64,000 bases of DNA from an uncultured Lachnospiraceae bacterium (GCA_944380315.1 CALWHG010000006.1:7387-71386), one strand, 5' to 3'; positions 1 to 9,313 are shown, numbered from the stretch's first letter. Notes: generated from the letters alone by a model not told the origin. Translations and numbers: made by a program.

Positions 1-159
1 TACGAAAAATATAAGTCCGTTTATGACCAGATAGGGAAGGATGTAAAACAGCAGCGCCCTCTTAAGCTTCTGGGGGAAGCGGCTCTGCTTTATCCTGACG
101 CCATGGGCATCATAGAGCAGACGCTGTCCGCCGGAGCGCCTTTTGGCTCCGACGGATGA
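1..159 (+). CDS. 3' end of an unidentified CDS entering from outside the window
   Basis: Frame 1 is open from nt 1 to TGA at 157-159 (...LSAGAPFGSDG*). Too short to assign a family. Confidence 0.3.
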   Translation, partial: YEKYKSVYDQIGKDVKQQRPLKLLGEAALLYPDAMGIIEQTLSAGAPFGSDG

Positions 160-318
160 ATCGCGTCTTGTATGATCTTTTCTGTTCCTGTTTGAGCTAT
201 ATGAATTCATCAAAGCATGCACCTTTCGGATCTTCTGCTCAAATGCAGATATACAAATCTAAAGTTTAGCAGAAAAGTCCTCAAGTATCAAGGTCTCAGG
301 TCCATCAGCCGACAAAAA

Positions 319-1149
319 TCAGCCGGCAAATACCATGATGTTTGCCGCATAGGCATCCGCATCTCCTGCCTTTTCAGTGCCGGAGGTAGAGGTCTCGGAG
401 CCCTGGGAGACTATCATCCTGGTACCCGCATCTATGTCATCCAGTGTAACTATGTTCCTGGTCAGGTAGGGAGTAACTATGGTATCCTGATCAGCCCTCC
501 ATACTACTCCATCCTGATCGGTGATCATGATGCCCTCGTCGGTCCTCTCCACTTCCTTTGCTATGACATACATGGGAGCTGATGCATCCTCGGGCACGTT
601 GGTTATGATGACCTGAGCCGTAGTCTGGGGAGGCAGGCTCATGGTCATGGCCTGGGATACCCATACATATGCGGTTCCCTCGGTGCCAAGGTCCTTGAGC
701 TGTACGGGCATGAGAGTGGTGCCGTCAAGGATGACCGTGCCCTTTCCTACATGAAGTATGATCTCTGATACTGTCTCGGTGAGGTTGCCCGCCTCATCCT
801 CCATATACTCGTTGCTGTTGAAGCTTATCCTGTTGTTGTCCACATCCACGGAGGCTATGGTGCCCCACTTTGATACAGGCTGCATGTCTATATACATGTC
901 CTCTGACTCCTGCTCCTCGCCGGTCTCGTCTCCGCCAAATCTCTCTATATACACTTCGCTCTCCTTTTCTGCTACCTCAGTCTCAGCTGCTGTCTCTGAC
1001 TCGGGAAGCTCAGCATCCCTGATGGTGATCTCGGTGGCAGCATCTGCTCCTCCTATGGCTGCCTTCTGTCCGCAGCCTGCCAGCAGTCCTGATGCCACGG
1101 TCACAGCCGCCAGCGCCATAAGTATCGATCTATTGAATCTCTTTTTCAT
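319..1149 (-). CDS. Putative secreted lipoprotein, function unknown
   Basis: Signal peptide plus lipobox (LLAGC|G), followed by an acidic linker. The ORF track starts at 1158, but AAGGAGA lies only 1 nt from that ATG. The second ATG at 1149 (MKKRFNRS...) has normal spacing. Confidence 0.65.
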   Translation of the reverse strand: MKKRFNRSILMALAAVTVASGLLAGCGQKAAIGGADAATEITIRDAELPESETAAETEVAEKESEVYIERFGGDETGEEQESEDMYIDMQPVSKWGTIASVDVDNNRISFNSNEYMEDEAGNLTETVSEIILHVGKGTVILDGTTLMPVQLKDLGTEGTAYVWVSQAMTMSLPPQTTAQVIITNVPEDASAPMYVIAKEVERTDEGIMITDQDGVVWRADQDTIVTPYLTRNIVTLDDIDAGTRMIVSQGSETSTSGTEKAGDADAYAANIMVFAG

Positions 1150-1295
1150 AGTTTTCATTCTCCTTTTGATGTTTTTGGTTTTTATCTACACATGTGTTTT
1201 TTGCTCTTGCACATAGTATACGTTATGATGGTCCATAACCTTTCAAAAGTCAACGAAAGAGATCGAGATTTAAGATATCGGTAAGGAAATGCGGG

Positions 1296-1330
1296 CAATA
1301 AGATACGGCACCGGATATGTTCCGATGCCG
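1296..1330 (-). terminator. Possible rho-independent terminator after glgB
   Basis: On the minus strand, CGGCATCGG-aacatat-CCGGTGCCG forms a 9-bp stem with one G.U pair, followed by a T-rich TATCTTATT. Confidence 0.4.
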
Positions 1331-1349
1331 CATGCTGCTTTATACTGTA

Positions 1350-3818
1350 TCAGGTTATCCTGGGCTTTCTGCTCACCGCCTTGCTCTTTACCGAATGAGC
1401 TGCGGTTTTACCGCCCGCAGGCGCCTTGGTATTGGCCCTGGGAACCTTGGCAGGTCTCTTCTCTGCCGCAGCCTTCTTCATGGCCCTGGGAGCTGCCTTC
1501 TCCTCTTTGGCCTTTACCTCTTTATCCTTTGCCTTTTTGGTGTCGGCCTCCTGCTCTTTTTTTGGCTTTGCCTCGGGTATATGGTGACAGGCAAATACCA
1601 TGGTGGAAAGTGGAGCTATGTCTATCTTTATGGAATCCTCCCTATCGTCCCATTTGAGCTTCTTTGATCTGACTGCGCGGGGATTTGTCATGCCATCCCC
1701 GCCGTACTTCCTGTCGTCGGAGTTGATGAGCTCCTTGTAGCTTCCGGGGAAGGGCACGCCTATGCGGAAGTCAGGGTGAGGCATGGTATCAAAGTTGGCG
1801 ACCACTATGAGGGTCTCCTCCGGATCCTCCGTCTTCCTCATGAACATGACCATGGAAAACTCAGGGTATGCACAGTTTATCCACTCAAAGCCGTCCGGAT
1901 CGTAGTCCAGCTTCCAGAGAGCGGGATGCTCATGGTAGAGCCTGTTCAGGTCATGCATGTAGGTCTGCATGTTTTTGTGGACAGGATACTGAAGCAGCTC
2001 CCACTCCAGGGACATGCATTCCTGCCACTCGTCATTCTGTCCGAAGTCCTGACCCATGAAGAGCAGCTTCTTGTCAGGATGAGTCATGAAATATCCATAA
2101 GCTGCACGCAGGTGCTTTGCCTTTATGTCAAAATCAGCCGAAGGCATCTTTGAGAGCATGGAGCCCTTGAGATGCACCACCTCGTCGTGGGAGAAGGTCA
2201 GTATGAAGTCCTCGCTGTAGTTATAGAACATGGAGAATGTCAATGCTCCATAGTTGTCCTTCCTGAAATAAGGGTCGGTCTGCATATAGTGGAGGAAATC
2301 ATTCATGAAGCCCATGTTCCACTTGAAGTCAAAGCCCAGGCCTCCGTCCTTGGGATCTCCCGTGATCATAGGCCAGGCCGTGGACTCCTCGGCTATCATC
2401 ATGACTCCCGGATTGCGCTTGTGCATGATGGAGTTGAGATGCTTGAGGAACTCTATGGCATCAAGGTTTTCATTGCCTCCATATATGTTTGCCACCCACT
2501 CTCCGTCGTTGCGGCCGTAGTCCAGATAAAGCATGGATGCCACCGCATCGAGACGGATGCCGTCAGCATGATACTTCTCCGCCCAGAACATGGCGTTGGA
2601 TATCAGGAAGTTGCTGACCTGAGGCTTGGAATAATTGAATATGAGAGTGCCCCAGTGAGGATGTGCCCCCTTCCTGGGATCAGCATGCTCATAGACATGA
2701 GAGCCGTCAAACTCTCCAAGCGCAAAGGAATCTCTGGGAAAATGTGCCGGTACCCAGTCAAGTATGACTCCTATGCCGTTTTTATGCATATAGTCCATGA
2801 AATACATGAAGTCATCGGGATCGCCGTATCTGCTGGTCGGCGCAAAGTAACCGGTGACCTGGTAGCCCCAGGATGCATCCAAAGGATGCTCCATAACGGG
2901 CAGGAGCTCTATATGGCTATAGCCCATCTCCTTGACATAGGCGCAGAGCTCCTCTGCCAGCTCCCTGTAGTTATAGAACTGGGAGCCATTTATCTCATTG
3001 CCTTCAGCGTCCACCGCTATGGGCTTCTGCTTCCAGCTGCCGAGATGCACCTCATATATGTTCATGGGTGCCTTCTTCATGTCTCTTTCACGACGCTTCT
3101 CGAGCCAGGACTCATCGCCCCAGCGATATCTGTCTATGTCCCAGACCACTGAGGCCGTATTGGGACGCAGCTCAGAATAGAAGGCATGAGGGTCCGCCTT
3201 CATGATGGGCTGTCCGGCCTTGGTCTTTATCTCATATTTGTAGAGATCTCCGGGCTTGACTCCGGGTATGAAAAGTTCAAATATGCCGGAGTAGGTATCT
3301 CTCTTCATCTGATGAAGCCTGCCATCCCAGAGATTGAAGTCTCCCACCACGCTGACTCTCTCAGCCTCGGGGGCAAATACGGCAAACACCGTGCCGTCCA
3401 CTCCCTCCAGGTTCATGACATGAGCGCCCAGCTTGTCATAAAGATCATAGGCTATGCCCTCTGACAGCCGCTTATAATCCTGCTCAGTAAATATGCTGTG
3501 GAACTTGGGATTGTAGGGGTCCTCGATCTCGGCCTTGAAGCCGTTGTCATAGGTCACCGACAGCCTGTAGTCAAAATCCTCCTCCGGTACCCACAGGGCA
3601 TAGAAGCCCTCCTCGTCACAGGCCTCCATGGCCACGGGCTTCTTGCCGTCATCCTTCACAAGGCTTATGTCCACTGCATGAGGTATATAGACCTGTATCA
3701 GCGTGCCACCGTCCTCAGCAGGATGAGCTCCCAATATGCGTCCGGGATAGGCCGATTCGGAATACTCTATCTCCTCAACGTCCGCCCAGTTGATCATGTC
3801 ATATAATTTCTGTGTCAT
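1350..3818 (-). CDS. glgB: 1,4-alpha-glucan branching enzyme (GH13) with an extra about 72-aa Lys/Ala-rich C-terminal tail
   Basis: The 822-aa translation shows CBM48 plus GH13 hallmarks (VFAPEAERVSVVGDFNLWDG, DGIRLDAVASMLY, MIAEESTAWP, FSHDEVVH). A GGGGG RBS precedes the ATG. Confidence 0.92.
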   Translation of the reverse strand: MTQKLYDMINWADVEEIEYSESAYPGRILGAHPAEDGGTLIQVYIPHAVDISLVKDDGKKPVAMEACDEEGFYALWVPEEDFDYRLSVTYDNGFKAEIEDPYNPKFHSIFTEQDYKRLSEGIAYDLYDKLGAHVMNLEGVDGTVFAVFAPEAERVSVVGDFNLWDGRLHQMKRDTYSGIFELFIPGVKPGDLYKYEIKTKAGQPIMKADPHAFYSELRPNTASVVWDIDRYRWGDESWLEKRRERDMKKAPMNIYEVHLGSWKQKPIAVDAEGNEINGSQFYNYRELAEELCAYVKEMGYSHIELLPVMEHPLDASWGYQVTGYFAPTSRYGDPDDFMYFMDYMHKNGIGVILDWVPAHFPRDSFALGEFDGSHVYEHADPRKGAHPHWGTLIFNYSKPQVSNFLISNAMFWAEKYHADGIRLDAVASMLYLDYGRNDGEWVANIYGGNENLDAIEFLKHLNSIMHKRNPGVMMIAEESTAWPMITGDPKDGGLGFDFKWNMGFMNDFLHYMQTDPYFRKDNYGALTFSMFYNYSEDFILTFSHDEVVHLKGSMLSKMPSADFDIKAKHLRAAYGYFMTHPDKKLLFMGQDFGQNDEWQECMSLEWELLQYPVHKNMQTYMHDLNRLYHEHPALWKLDYDPDGFEWINCAYPEFSMVMFMRKTEDPEETLIVVANFDTMPHPDFRIGVPFPGSYKELINSDDRKYGGDGMTNPRAVRSKKLKWDDREDSIKIDIAPLSTMVFACHHIPEAKPKKEQEADTKKAKDKEVKAKEEKAAPRAMKKAAAEKRPAKVPRANTKAPAGGKTAAHSVKSKAVSRKPRIT

Positions 3819-3862
3819 ATATAACCCCCATATACATCCTTTGGAGCAAAGCTCCTAAGGAC

Positions 3863-5695
3863 TTATTTTCCAGTAAGTATGATGATACTCCTTGCAGGCA
3901 CCTGTATGCTGTAATCCTCATCCAGCGCATCTCCCAGCGGTTCCTCGCAGAACGGCTCCTCCAGGGACGTGTCCACAAGCAGCTTCCAGCTCTTTCCAGC
4001 GGGAAGCCTCGGCACATAGAACCTGTGGCTCTCCCAGTGCATGTTCATGAGGATGTAAAAGCTGTCGTCCGGATCTCCATCCTCCTTAGCTGCATATGCG
4101 CCATTGAGGCATACACAGAGCTGCCTGCGAAAATGCTCATGGTCCACCTTCCAGGCGCTCATGCCATGGAAGGATATGTCCGGAAGGCCTGTCACAAGAT
4201 AATCAGAGCCCTTGAGGGCTCCCTTCCTCCGGAACACGGGATGCTCCCGCCTGAGGGCTATGAGCCTTTTCGTAAACTCGTAGATGTCTCCGTGCTTCCG
4301 AAGATCCTCCCAGTTAAGCCACTCTATGCTGCTGTCCTGACACCAGGAGTTGTTGTTGCCTTTTTTTGTATGTCCCATCTCATCCCCGGCATTTATGAGG
4401 GGAGTACCGGGACACAGTATGGTAAGCAGCAGTGCGTTTCGGCAGAGCCTCCTTCGGAGCTCGTTTATCCGCTTCTTTCTGGAAGGCCCCTCCTCTCCGC
4501 AGTTCCAGCTGTAGTTATAATCGGTACCGTCCGAGTCATGCTCTCCATTCTGCTCGTTGTGCTTCTGATCATAGGAAAATACATCCATGAGCGAAAAGCC
4601 GGAGACATTTGCAGTGTAATCTATACGGGCATGATCCTTCGGTATGTCCCTGAATATGCAGATCATGCTGTCTACCATGCCCTCATCGCCCTTGATGAAG
4701 CGACGTATGTCATTTTGGAAGTCATCGTTGTAGGCTGCGACCTGACAGCCCGACGGCTCTCTCATCTCCAGGCCCCGGTCCGATATGCCCATACTCCTGC
4801 TCAGGTCCTCTTCACGGACCCTGTCGGAAAATATCTTCATGCCCCTGAGATAAGGATCGTTGAGCAAAAGCTTCATGGGGGCATAGCCGACTATGTGCAC
4901 GCCATCCACTCCGTAGCGGAGCCTCCAGCTCCTTACCACCGTCAGTACATAGTCCTCGGGCTCGGCTCCCGTAAAATAGAGACCCATGATAAGCTCCATC
5001 CCTGCCTTATGGACCTTTTCCACCAGGTCCACGAAGCCTGCCTCCCCTCCAAAGGAGGCCTTGGGAGACATCCTCATGGCGTCGGGAGTGAAGCCCCAGT
5101 AGTTGACCCTGAGCCTGCCCCGGGACGGCATGAGCTCTTCATACTCGTAGGCTGGCATGAGCTCTATGGCAGTGACGCCAAGTTCCTTTATATAGTCGAG
5201 CCTTGATGCCACGCCTGCAAAGGTGCCTCTGTCCTCCTGGGGGATGCCAGAGCTCCTGTCTCTGGTAAAGCCCCTGACATGGAGCCTGTATATGAAGCTG
5301 TCGGAAAGCTCCATCGGAGAAGCCGCTGCCCGCCCTCTCAGGTCTTCGCCGTCAGTGATGACAGTCCTGGCTACCCGCCTCTTATGTCCTGCCTTATAGG
5401 CCTCACGGCCCTGAGATATGGTCCCGTACGGGTCCTCCAGCTCTCTGCCGTCAATCATATATGTATATGAGCACGTCCCGTCCAGAGGGATACCTGCCAC
5501 TCCAAGCCTCCACACATCGCCTATGCGGAGCTTTTTGGAAAAGGCTATGCTCTTAAGATATCTTCCTTCCTGATAGAGCCGAAGGCTCAGCTTTTCCCCG
5601 CGGACGGCCACACAAAAATACACCGTACCCTGCTCTACGGTACAGCCAAAGGGAAATAGCCTGCTGCCTAAGTTGTCTGTTGCTTTGATGTCCAT
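3863..5695 (-). CDS. glgX: Glycogen debranching enzyme / isoamylase-type GH13 (GlgX-like)
   Basis: 610 aa. N-terminal CBM48-like region, then GH13 catalytic motifs (LGVTAIELMP, GVDGVHIVGY, NYSWNCGEEG, GDEMGHTKKGNNNSWCQD). Confidence 0.8.
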   Translation of the reverse strand: MDIKATDNLGSRLFPFGCTVEQGTVYFCVAVRGEKLSLRLYQEGRYLKSIAFSKKLRIGDVWRLGVAGIPLDGTCSYTYMIDGRELEDPYGTISQGREAYKAGHKRRVARTVITDGEDLRGRAAASPMELSDSFIYRLHVRGFTRDRSSGIPQEDRGTFAGVASRLDYIKELGVTAIELMPAYEYEELMPSRGRLRVNYWGFTPDAMRMSPKASFGGEAGFVDLVEKVHKAGMELIMGLYFTGAEPEDYVLTVVRSWRLRYGVDGVHIVGYAPMKLLLNDPYLRGMKIFSDRVREEDLSRSMGISDRGLEMREPSGCQVAAYNDDFQNDIRRFIKGDEGMVDSMICIFRDIPKDHARIDYTANVSGFSLMDVFSYDQKHNEQNGEHDSDGTDYNYSWNCGEEGPSRKKRINELRRRLCRNALLLTILCPGTPLINAGDEMGHTKKGNNNSWCQDSSIEWLNWEDLRKHGDIYEFTKRLIALRREHPVFRRKGALKGSDYLVTGLPDISFHGMSAWKVDHEHFRRQLCVCLNGAYAAKEDGDPDDSFYILMNMHWESHRFYVPRLPAGKSWKLLVDTSLEEPFCEEPLGDALDEDYSIQVPARSIIILTGK

Positions 5696-5737
5696 ATGCC
5701 GTCCCTCTAAAGTTCATATTGCTCTAAGGATATGTCC

Positions 5738-5746
5738 ATGATACCA
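5738..5746 (-). promoter_or_regulatory. Extended -10 element (TGgTATCAT) upstream of the glgX-like gene
   Basis: The minus strand reads TGGTATCAT about 40 nt upstream of the ATG at 5695. A GAGGGA RBS follows. Confidence 0.35.
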
Positions 5747-5787
5747 CAAAACAGCCTGCATGTATATTGACAGCTTGTATAATATGC

Positions 5788-5821
5788 ATAAAAAAGGGCC
5801 GAAGGCACATCCCCTCAGCCC
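5788..5821 (-). terminator. Rho-independent terminator after xth
   Basis: On the minus strand, GGGCTGAGGG-gatgtg-CCTTCGGCCC forms a 10-bp stem with two G.U pairs, followed by TTTTTTAT. It lies 20 nt past the xth stop. Confidence 0.7.
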
Positions 5822-5841
5822 GTAAATACATACAGCGTGGC

Positions 5842-6597
5842 TCACAGATCGATCAGCAGGCCCACAGGTGCATGGTCGGAGCCGGTCACATCCTTATATA
5901 TGACTGCATCCTTTATCCTGTCCCTGAGATCGTCTGATACTATGAAATAGTCTATACGCCAGCCCACGTCCCTGGCCCTGGCATTCATCCTGTAGGACCA
6001 CCAGCTGTAGGCCTCCCGCTCCGGATACAGATATCTGAAGGTATCCGTAAAGCCACTGGCCAGCAGCCTCGACATCTTGGCTCTTTCCTCGTCAGTGAAG
6101 CCTGCGTTGTGATGGTTCGTCCTGTCGTTCTTGAGGTCTATGGGCTCATGGGCCACATTGAGATCCCCGCAGAACACCAGAGGCTTCTCCTTTGCCAGGG
6201 ACATGGCATAGGTCCTGAAATCATCCTCCCACTGCATGCGGTAGGACAGCCTCTGAAGCTCATTCTGCGAATTGGGGGTATAGACCGTCATCAGGAAATG
6301 ATCATCGAACTCAAGGCATACTGACCTTCCCTCTGTGTCATGGTCCTCAAAGGGCAGTCCTATGCGTACGCTCATGGGCTCATGCCTGGTAAATATGGCC
6401 GTGCCCGAATAGCCCTTCTTCTCCGCGTAGTCCCAGTAGCTCTTATATCCATCAAACTCAAGATCCAGCTGTCCCTCCTGCAGCTTCGTCTCCTGAAGGC
6501 AGAAGGCATCCGCCTCCACCTCCCGGAAAAAGTCACAAAAGCCCTTGTTCATGACAGCCCTGAGTCCGTTTACATTCCAGGAAACATATTTTTTCAA
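5842..6597 (-). CDS. xth: Exodeoxyribonuclease III (AP endonuclease, EEP fold)
   Basis: 251 aa: MKKYVSWNVNGLRA..., CLQETK, GDLNVAHE, SDHAPV. The TTG start overlaps the malQ TGA (TTGA). Confidence 0.9.
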   Translation of the reverse strand: MKKYVSWNVNGLRAVMNKGFCDFFREVEADAFCLQETKLQEGQLDLEFDGYKSYWDYAEKKGYSGTAIFTRHEPMSVRIGLPFEDHDTEGRSVCLEFDDHFLMTVYTPNSQNELQRLSYRMQWEDDFRTYAMSLAKEKPLVFCGDLNVAHEPIDLKNDRTNHHNAGFTDEERAKMSRLLASGFTDTFRYLYPEREAYSWWSYRMNARARDVGWRIDYFIVSDDLRDRIKDAVIYKDVTGSDHAPVGLLIDL

Positions 6598-8093
6598 TCC
6601 CAGGTCCTCCCGTATATCTCTGAAAGTCTTCTCATATGCTTTATAAGCTTTTTGTCAAATGCCTCCGGCTCCATGCGCCAGCACCAGTTGCCTCCGAAGG
6701 TGGAGGGCGTATTTATCCTGGCTTCGCTTCCAAGCTCGAGCCAATCCCACATGGGTATGATGACCGTATCGGCGACTCCCATGAGGGCGATCCGGAACAT
6801 GCGGTCGCTCCATTCCTTCCGATCCTTCGGATCCAGATCCAGATAGTCCACCATGAAGGCCGTCTCCTCATCGGAGAGCTCGTCGAACCAGGCCCTCAGG
6901 GTCTGATTGTCGTGGGTGCCCGTATAGCCTATGCAGTTATTTATCCATCTGTGGGGCAGATAGGCCGAGCTGCCGTCAGGATCGAAGGCAAACTCAAGCA
7001 CCTTCATGCCCGGGTATCCGCTGTCAGAAAGGAGCTTCCTGACCCCGTCAGTCAGTATGCCCAGGTCCTCAGCTATGATATCCCTGTCACCCAGAGCAGC
7101 CCTTATGGCATCGAAAAGCTTCATGCCAGGCCCCTTTTCCCAGTGGCCCCTCTCGGCCGTGCTGTCCCCAAAGGGCACACAGTAATACTCGTCAAAGCCC
7201 CTGAAATGATCCAGCCTCAGCACATCCACCTGTCTGAAGCTGTGTCCTATGCGCTTTATCCACCAGTCGTAGCCAGTACGCTCATGATATCTCCAGTCAT
7301 ATACCGGATTGCCCCAGAGCTGTCCAGTGGCTGAAAATGCATCCGGCGGCACTCCTGCGACCCAGGTGGGGCGCCTCTTCTCATCCATACAGAAGAGCTC
7401 GGGCGAGGCCCAGACATCGGAGGAATCATAGGACACATATATGGGAAGGTCTCCTATGAGCCTGATGCCGAGGCAGTTGACATAGGTCTTGAGTCTCCTC
7501 CACTGGTCATAAAATTTGTACTGAAGCCATTTATGGAAGCGTATCCGGTCTCCCAGTCTCTGCCTCTCCTCCCTGAGAGCCTCCTCCTTGTGCTGCCTTA
7601 TGTCTTCGTCCTCCCATTCATACCAGGGAAGGCCCTTGTACTCCTCCTTGAGGCTCATGAACAGGGCATAATCCTCCAGCCAGAAGGCCTGCTCTCTGCA
7701 GAAGGGCTCAAAGTCCGGAAATTCCTTTTCCAGTCCGCAGTAATTTTCCACCTGATAGGCATGGTAGAGCGCCTCCAGCCTGGTCTCATAGAGATGGCCA
7801 TAGTCTACCCTGTCATCGTCTGACTCCGGCTCGCAGAGCTCCCTCTGCTCCTTTGGAAGCACTGACTCATCAAAGACCTCCAGGTCTATATAGTAGGGGC
7901 TGCCCGCAAAGGTGGAAAAGGACTGATAGGGTGAATCCCCATAGCCCGTGGGCCCAAGAGGCAGTATCTGCCAGTATTTCTGTCCTGCCTCGGCAAGCTT
8001 GTCCGCAAACCTGTAGGCATTGTCCCCAAATGTGCCTATGCCATATCTGCCCGGAAGGCTGAATATGGGCATCAAAACTCCTGCACCTCTCAT
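6594..8093 (-). CDS. malQ: 4-alpha-glucanotransferase (amylomaltase, GH77)
   Basis: GH77 motifs (GVLMPIFSLPGRYGIGTFG, DLPIYVSYDSSDVW, LRLDHFRGF, YTGTHDN). The ORF track begins at TTG 8117. I prefer ATG 8093 (MRGAGVLMPIFSLPG), which is preceded by GAGGA. Confidence 0.9.
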   Translation of the reverse strand: MRGAGVLMPIFSLPGRYGIGTFGDNAYRFADKLAEAGQKYWQILPLGPTGYGDSPYQSFSTFAGSPYYIDLEVFDESVLPKEQRELCEPESDDDRVDYGHLYETRLEALYHAYQVENYCGLEKEFPDFEPFCREQAFWLEDYALFMSLKEEYKGLPWYEWEDEDIRQHKEEALREERQRLGDRIRFHKWLQYKFYDQWRRLKTYVNCLGIRLIGDLPIYVSYDSSDVWASPELFCMDEKRRPTWVAGVPPDAFSATGQLWGNPVYDWRYHERTGYDWWIKRIGHSFRQVDVLRLDHFRGFDEYYCVPFGDSTAERGHWEKGPGMKLFDAIRAALGDRDIIAEDLGILTDGVRKLLSDSGYPGMKVLEFAFDPDGSSAYLPHRWINNCIGYTGTHDNQTLRAWFDELSDEETAFMVDYLDLDPKDRKEWSDRMFRIALMGVADTVIIPMWDWLELGSEARINTPSTFGGNWCWRMEPEAFDKKLIKHMRRLSEIYGRTWD

Positions 8094-8176
8094 GGAAATA
8101 TCCTCATCATCTATCAATTTTTAAGCGCCGTGACCGGTACCACCAGCACTCCGTCTTCTCTTATGTAAGCATAGTC

Positions 8177-8268
8177 CATTCAGTCAGATTTTGCAATTTC
8201 ATTCAGTCAGATTTTGAGTTTTCATTCAGTCACTTTTTGCATTTTCATTCAGTCAGATTTATACAGAT
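8177..8268. repeat. Four head-to-tail copies of a 23-bp direct repeat upstream of malQ
   Basis: Plus-strand copies start at 8177, 8200, 8223 and 8246: cattcagtcagattttgcaattt / cattcagtcagattttgagtttt / cattcagtcactttttgcatttt / cattcagtcagatttatacagat. Confidence 0.9.
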
Positions 8269-8296
8269 CCTGTCATATAAATTAGCTCCGGCCATA

Positions 8297-8325
8297 TACA
8301 ATAAAGGCGATGCCGAAGCACCGCC
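8297..8325 (-). terminator. Rho-independent terminator ending the MATE / small-membrane-protein operon
   Basis: On the minus strand, GGCGGTGC-TTCG-GCATCGCC forms an 8-bp stem with one G.U pair, followed by TTTATTGTATAT. Confidence 0.55.
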
Positions 8326-8331
8326 ATTCAT

Positions 8332-8841
8332 TCAATATTTATAATACTTGTCGAGGAATGCTTCCTCATCGATCCAGGCAAATACCGGTTTCTTTTCCCA
8401 GTATTTCTGTATAGCCTTGATCCTTTTCTGAGAAAATCTCATATACCGTTTATCCTTAGGTGGCCAGTGAAGACACATACGAAGTCGCTCTTCATCGCCC
8501 ATCTGCTCATCAGAAAAATAAATATACAGCTCCCCAAGCTTCTTCTTTTCGGCATTTTTCAGCACCTTCAGGTTTGCTATCCCAACCTCCCGCACATTTA
8601 TCCAGGGAAGTTCGTTGAATGTGAGCCACAAAAACCTGTCCCTGAGCCCTCGGTCATCCATCTCGAGAAGTACAGCAGACCTGAATGTAAAATACAGATA
8701 TACTATGCTCAAAACCAGGTATACCAGTCCCAGCACCAGCTTTTCATACTGCAGGGACAATATAGAAAGAAACAGGAAAACAAACGAAGCAAAACCACAC
8801 AATATGGCTTTTTTAGGATCTATGATACATCTCATACTCAC
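8332..8841 (-). CDS. Hypothetical membrane protein (two predicted TM helices plus a cytoplasmic domain)
   Basis: 169-aa ORF. Hydrophobic stretches ILCGFASFVFLFLSILSL and LVLGLVYLVLSIVYLYF. There is a 4-nt overlap with the upstream ORF. Confidence 0.55.
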   Translation of the reverse strand: MSMRCIIDPKKAILCGFASFVFLFLSILSLQYEKLVLGLVYLVLSIVYLYFTFRSAVLLEMDDRGLRDRFLWLTFNELPWINVREVGIANLKVLKNAEKKKLGELYIYFSDEQMGDEERLRMCLHWPPKDKRYMRFSQKRIKAIQKYWEKKPVFAWIDEEAFLDKYYKY

Positions 8842-9308
8842 TTGACCTGCTCTTCCTTAAGCTTTTCAGCTATAAAATCCTCCATCGTATCGCACAGCTC
8901 TGCCGTCACTTCCTCAGACTCATAATTAAAGATCACCACCTGATCTTCCATATTGATCCTTATGGCATTTTCAACAGATGGCCTGACACAAAGAAGATAC
9001 TCTCCATAAAGCTCATTTTGAAAGACTCCATAATACAGGAGCCTGTCACTCTTTCCGGATATCATCGTTCCGACTTCATAGGTATCCAAAAGTTCTATAT
9101 ACTGGACGTCCTCATATGGTATCACTATGCTTCCCATCTCATCCGAAGCACTTATGGTCATGGAAGTGTCACCAAAGTCGAGACTGTATGATGCCTCGGC
9201 TCTAGCCATGAGCATATACAGGGTCACTGCCACAAGCACTATTATGAGCAGCATATATTGCTGATTCTTAGATGATATGGTTTTTAAAAGCTTTTCTTTA
9301 AGGTCCAT
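8838..9308 (-). CDS. Hypothetical N-terminally membrane-anchored protein
   Basis: 156-aa ORF with a single TM helix (YMLLIIVLVAVTLYMLMA). It starts 5 nt after the MATE stop. Confidence 0.55.
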   Translation of the reverse strand: MDLKEKLLKTISSKNQQYMLLIIVLVAVTLYMLMARAEASYSLDFGDTSMTISASDEMGSIVIPYEDVQYIELLDTYEVGTMISGKSDRLLYYGVFQNELYGEYLLCVRPSVENAIRINMEDQVVIFNYESEEVTAELCDTMEDFIAEKLKEEQVK

Positions 9309-9313
9309 GTCTC

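Noticed and set aside
3812-5206. A long plus-strand ORF (464 aa). Similar long ORFs occur at 2172-3152, 6636-7334, 11007-11705, 46971-47849 and elsewhere, opposite well-supported minus-strand genes.
   Set aside because: They lie antisense to ORFs with clear family motifs (GH13, GH77, MBL, MATE). Their translations are low-complexity and His/Leu/Pro-rich with no motifs or RBS. These are typical shadow ORFs of moderately GC-rich coding DNA.
8177-8268. The possibility that the 23-bp repeats are a CRISPR array or a minisatellite-encoded peptide.
   Set aside because: The copies are contiguous with no spacers. No cas genes are nearby, and no ORF spans the array. I kept it as a regulatory/tandem-repeat finding instead.
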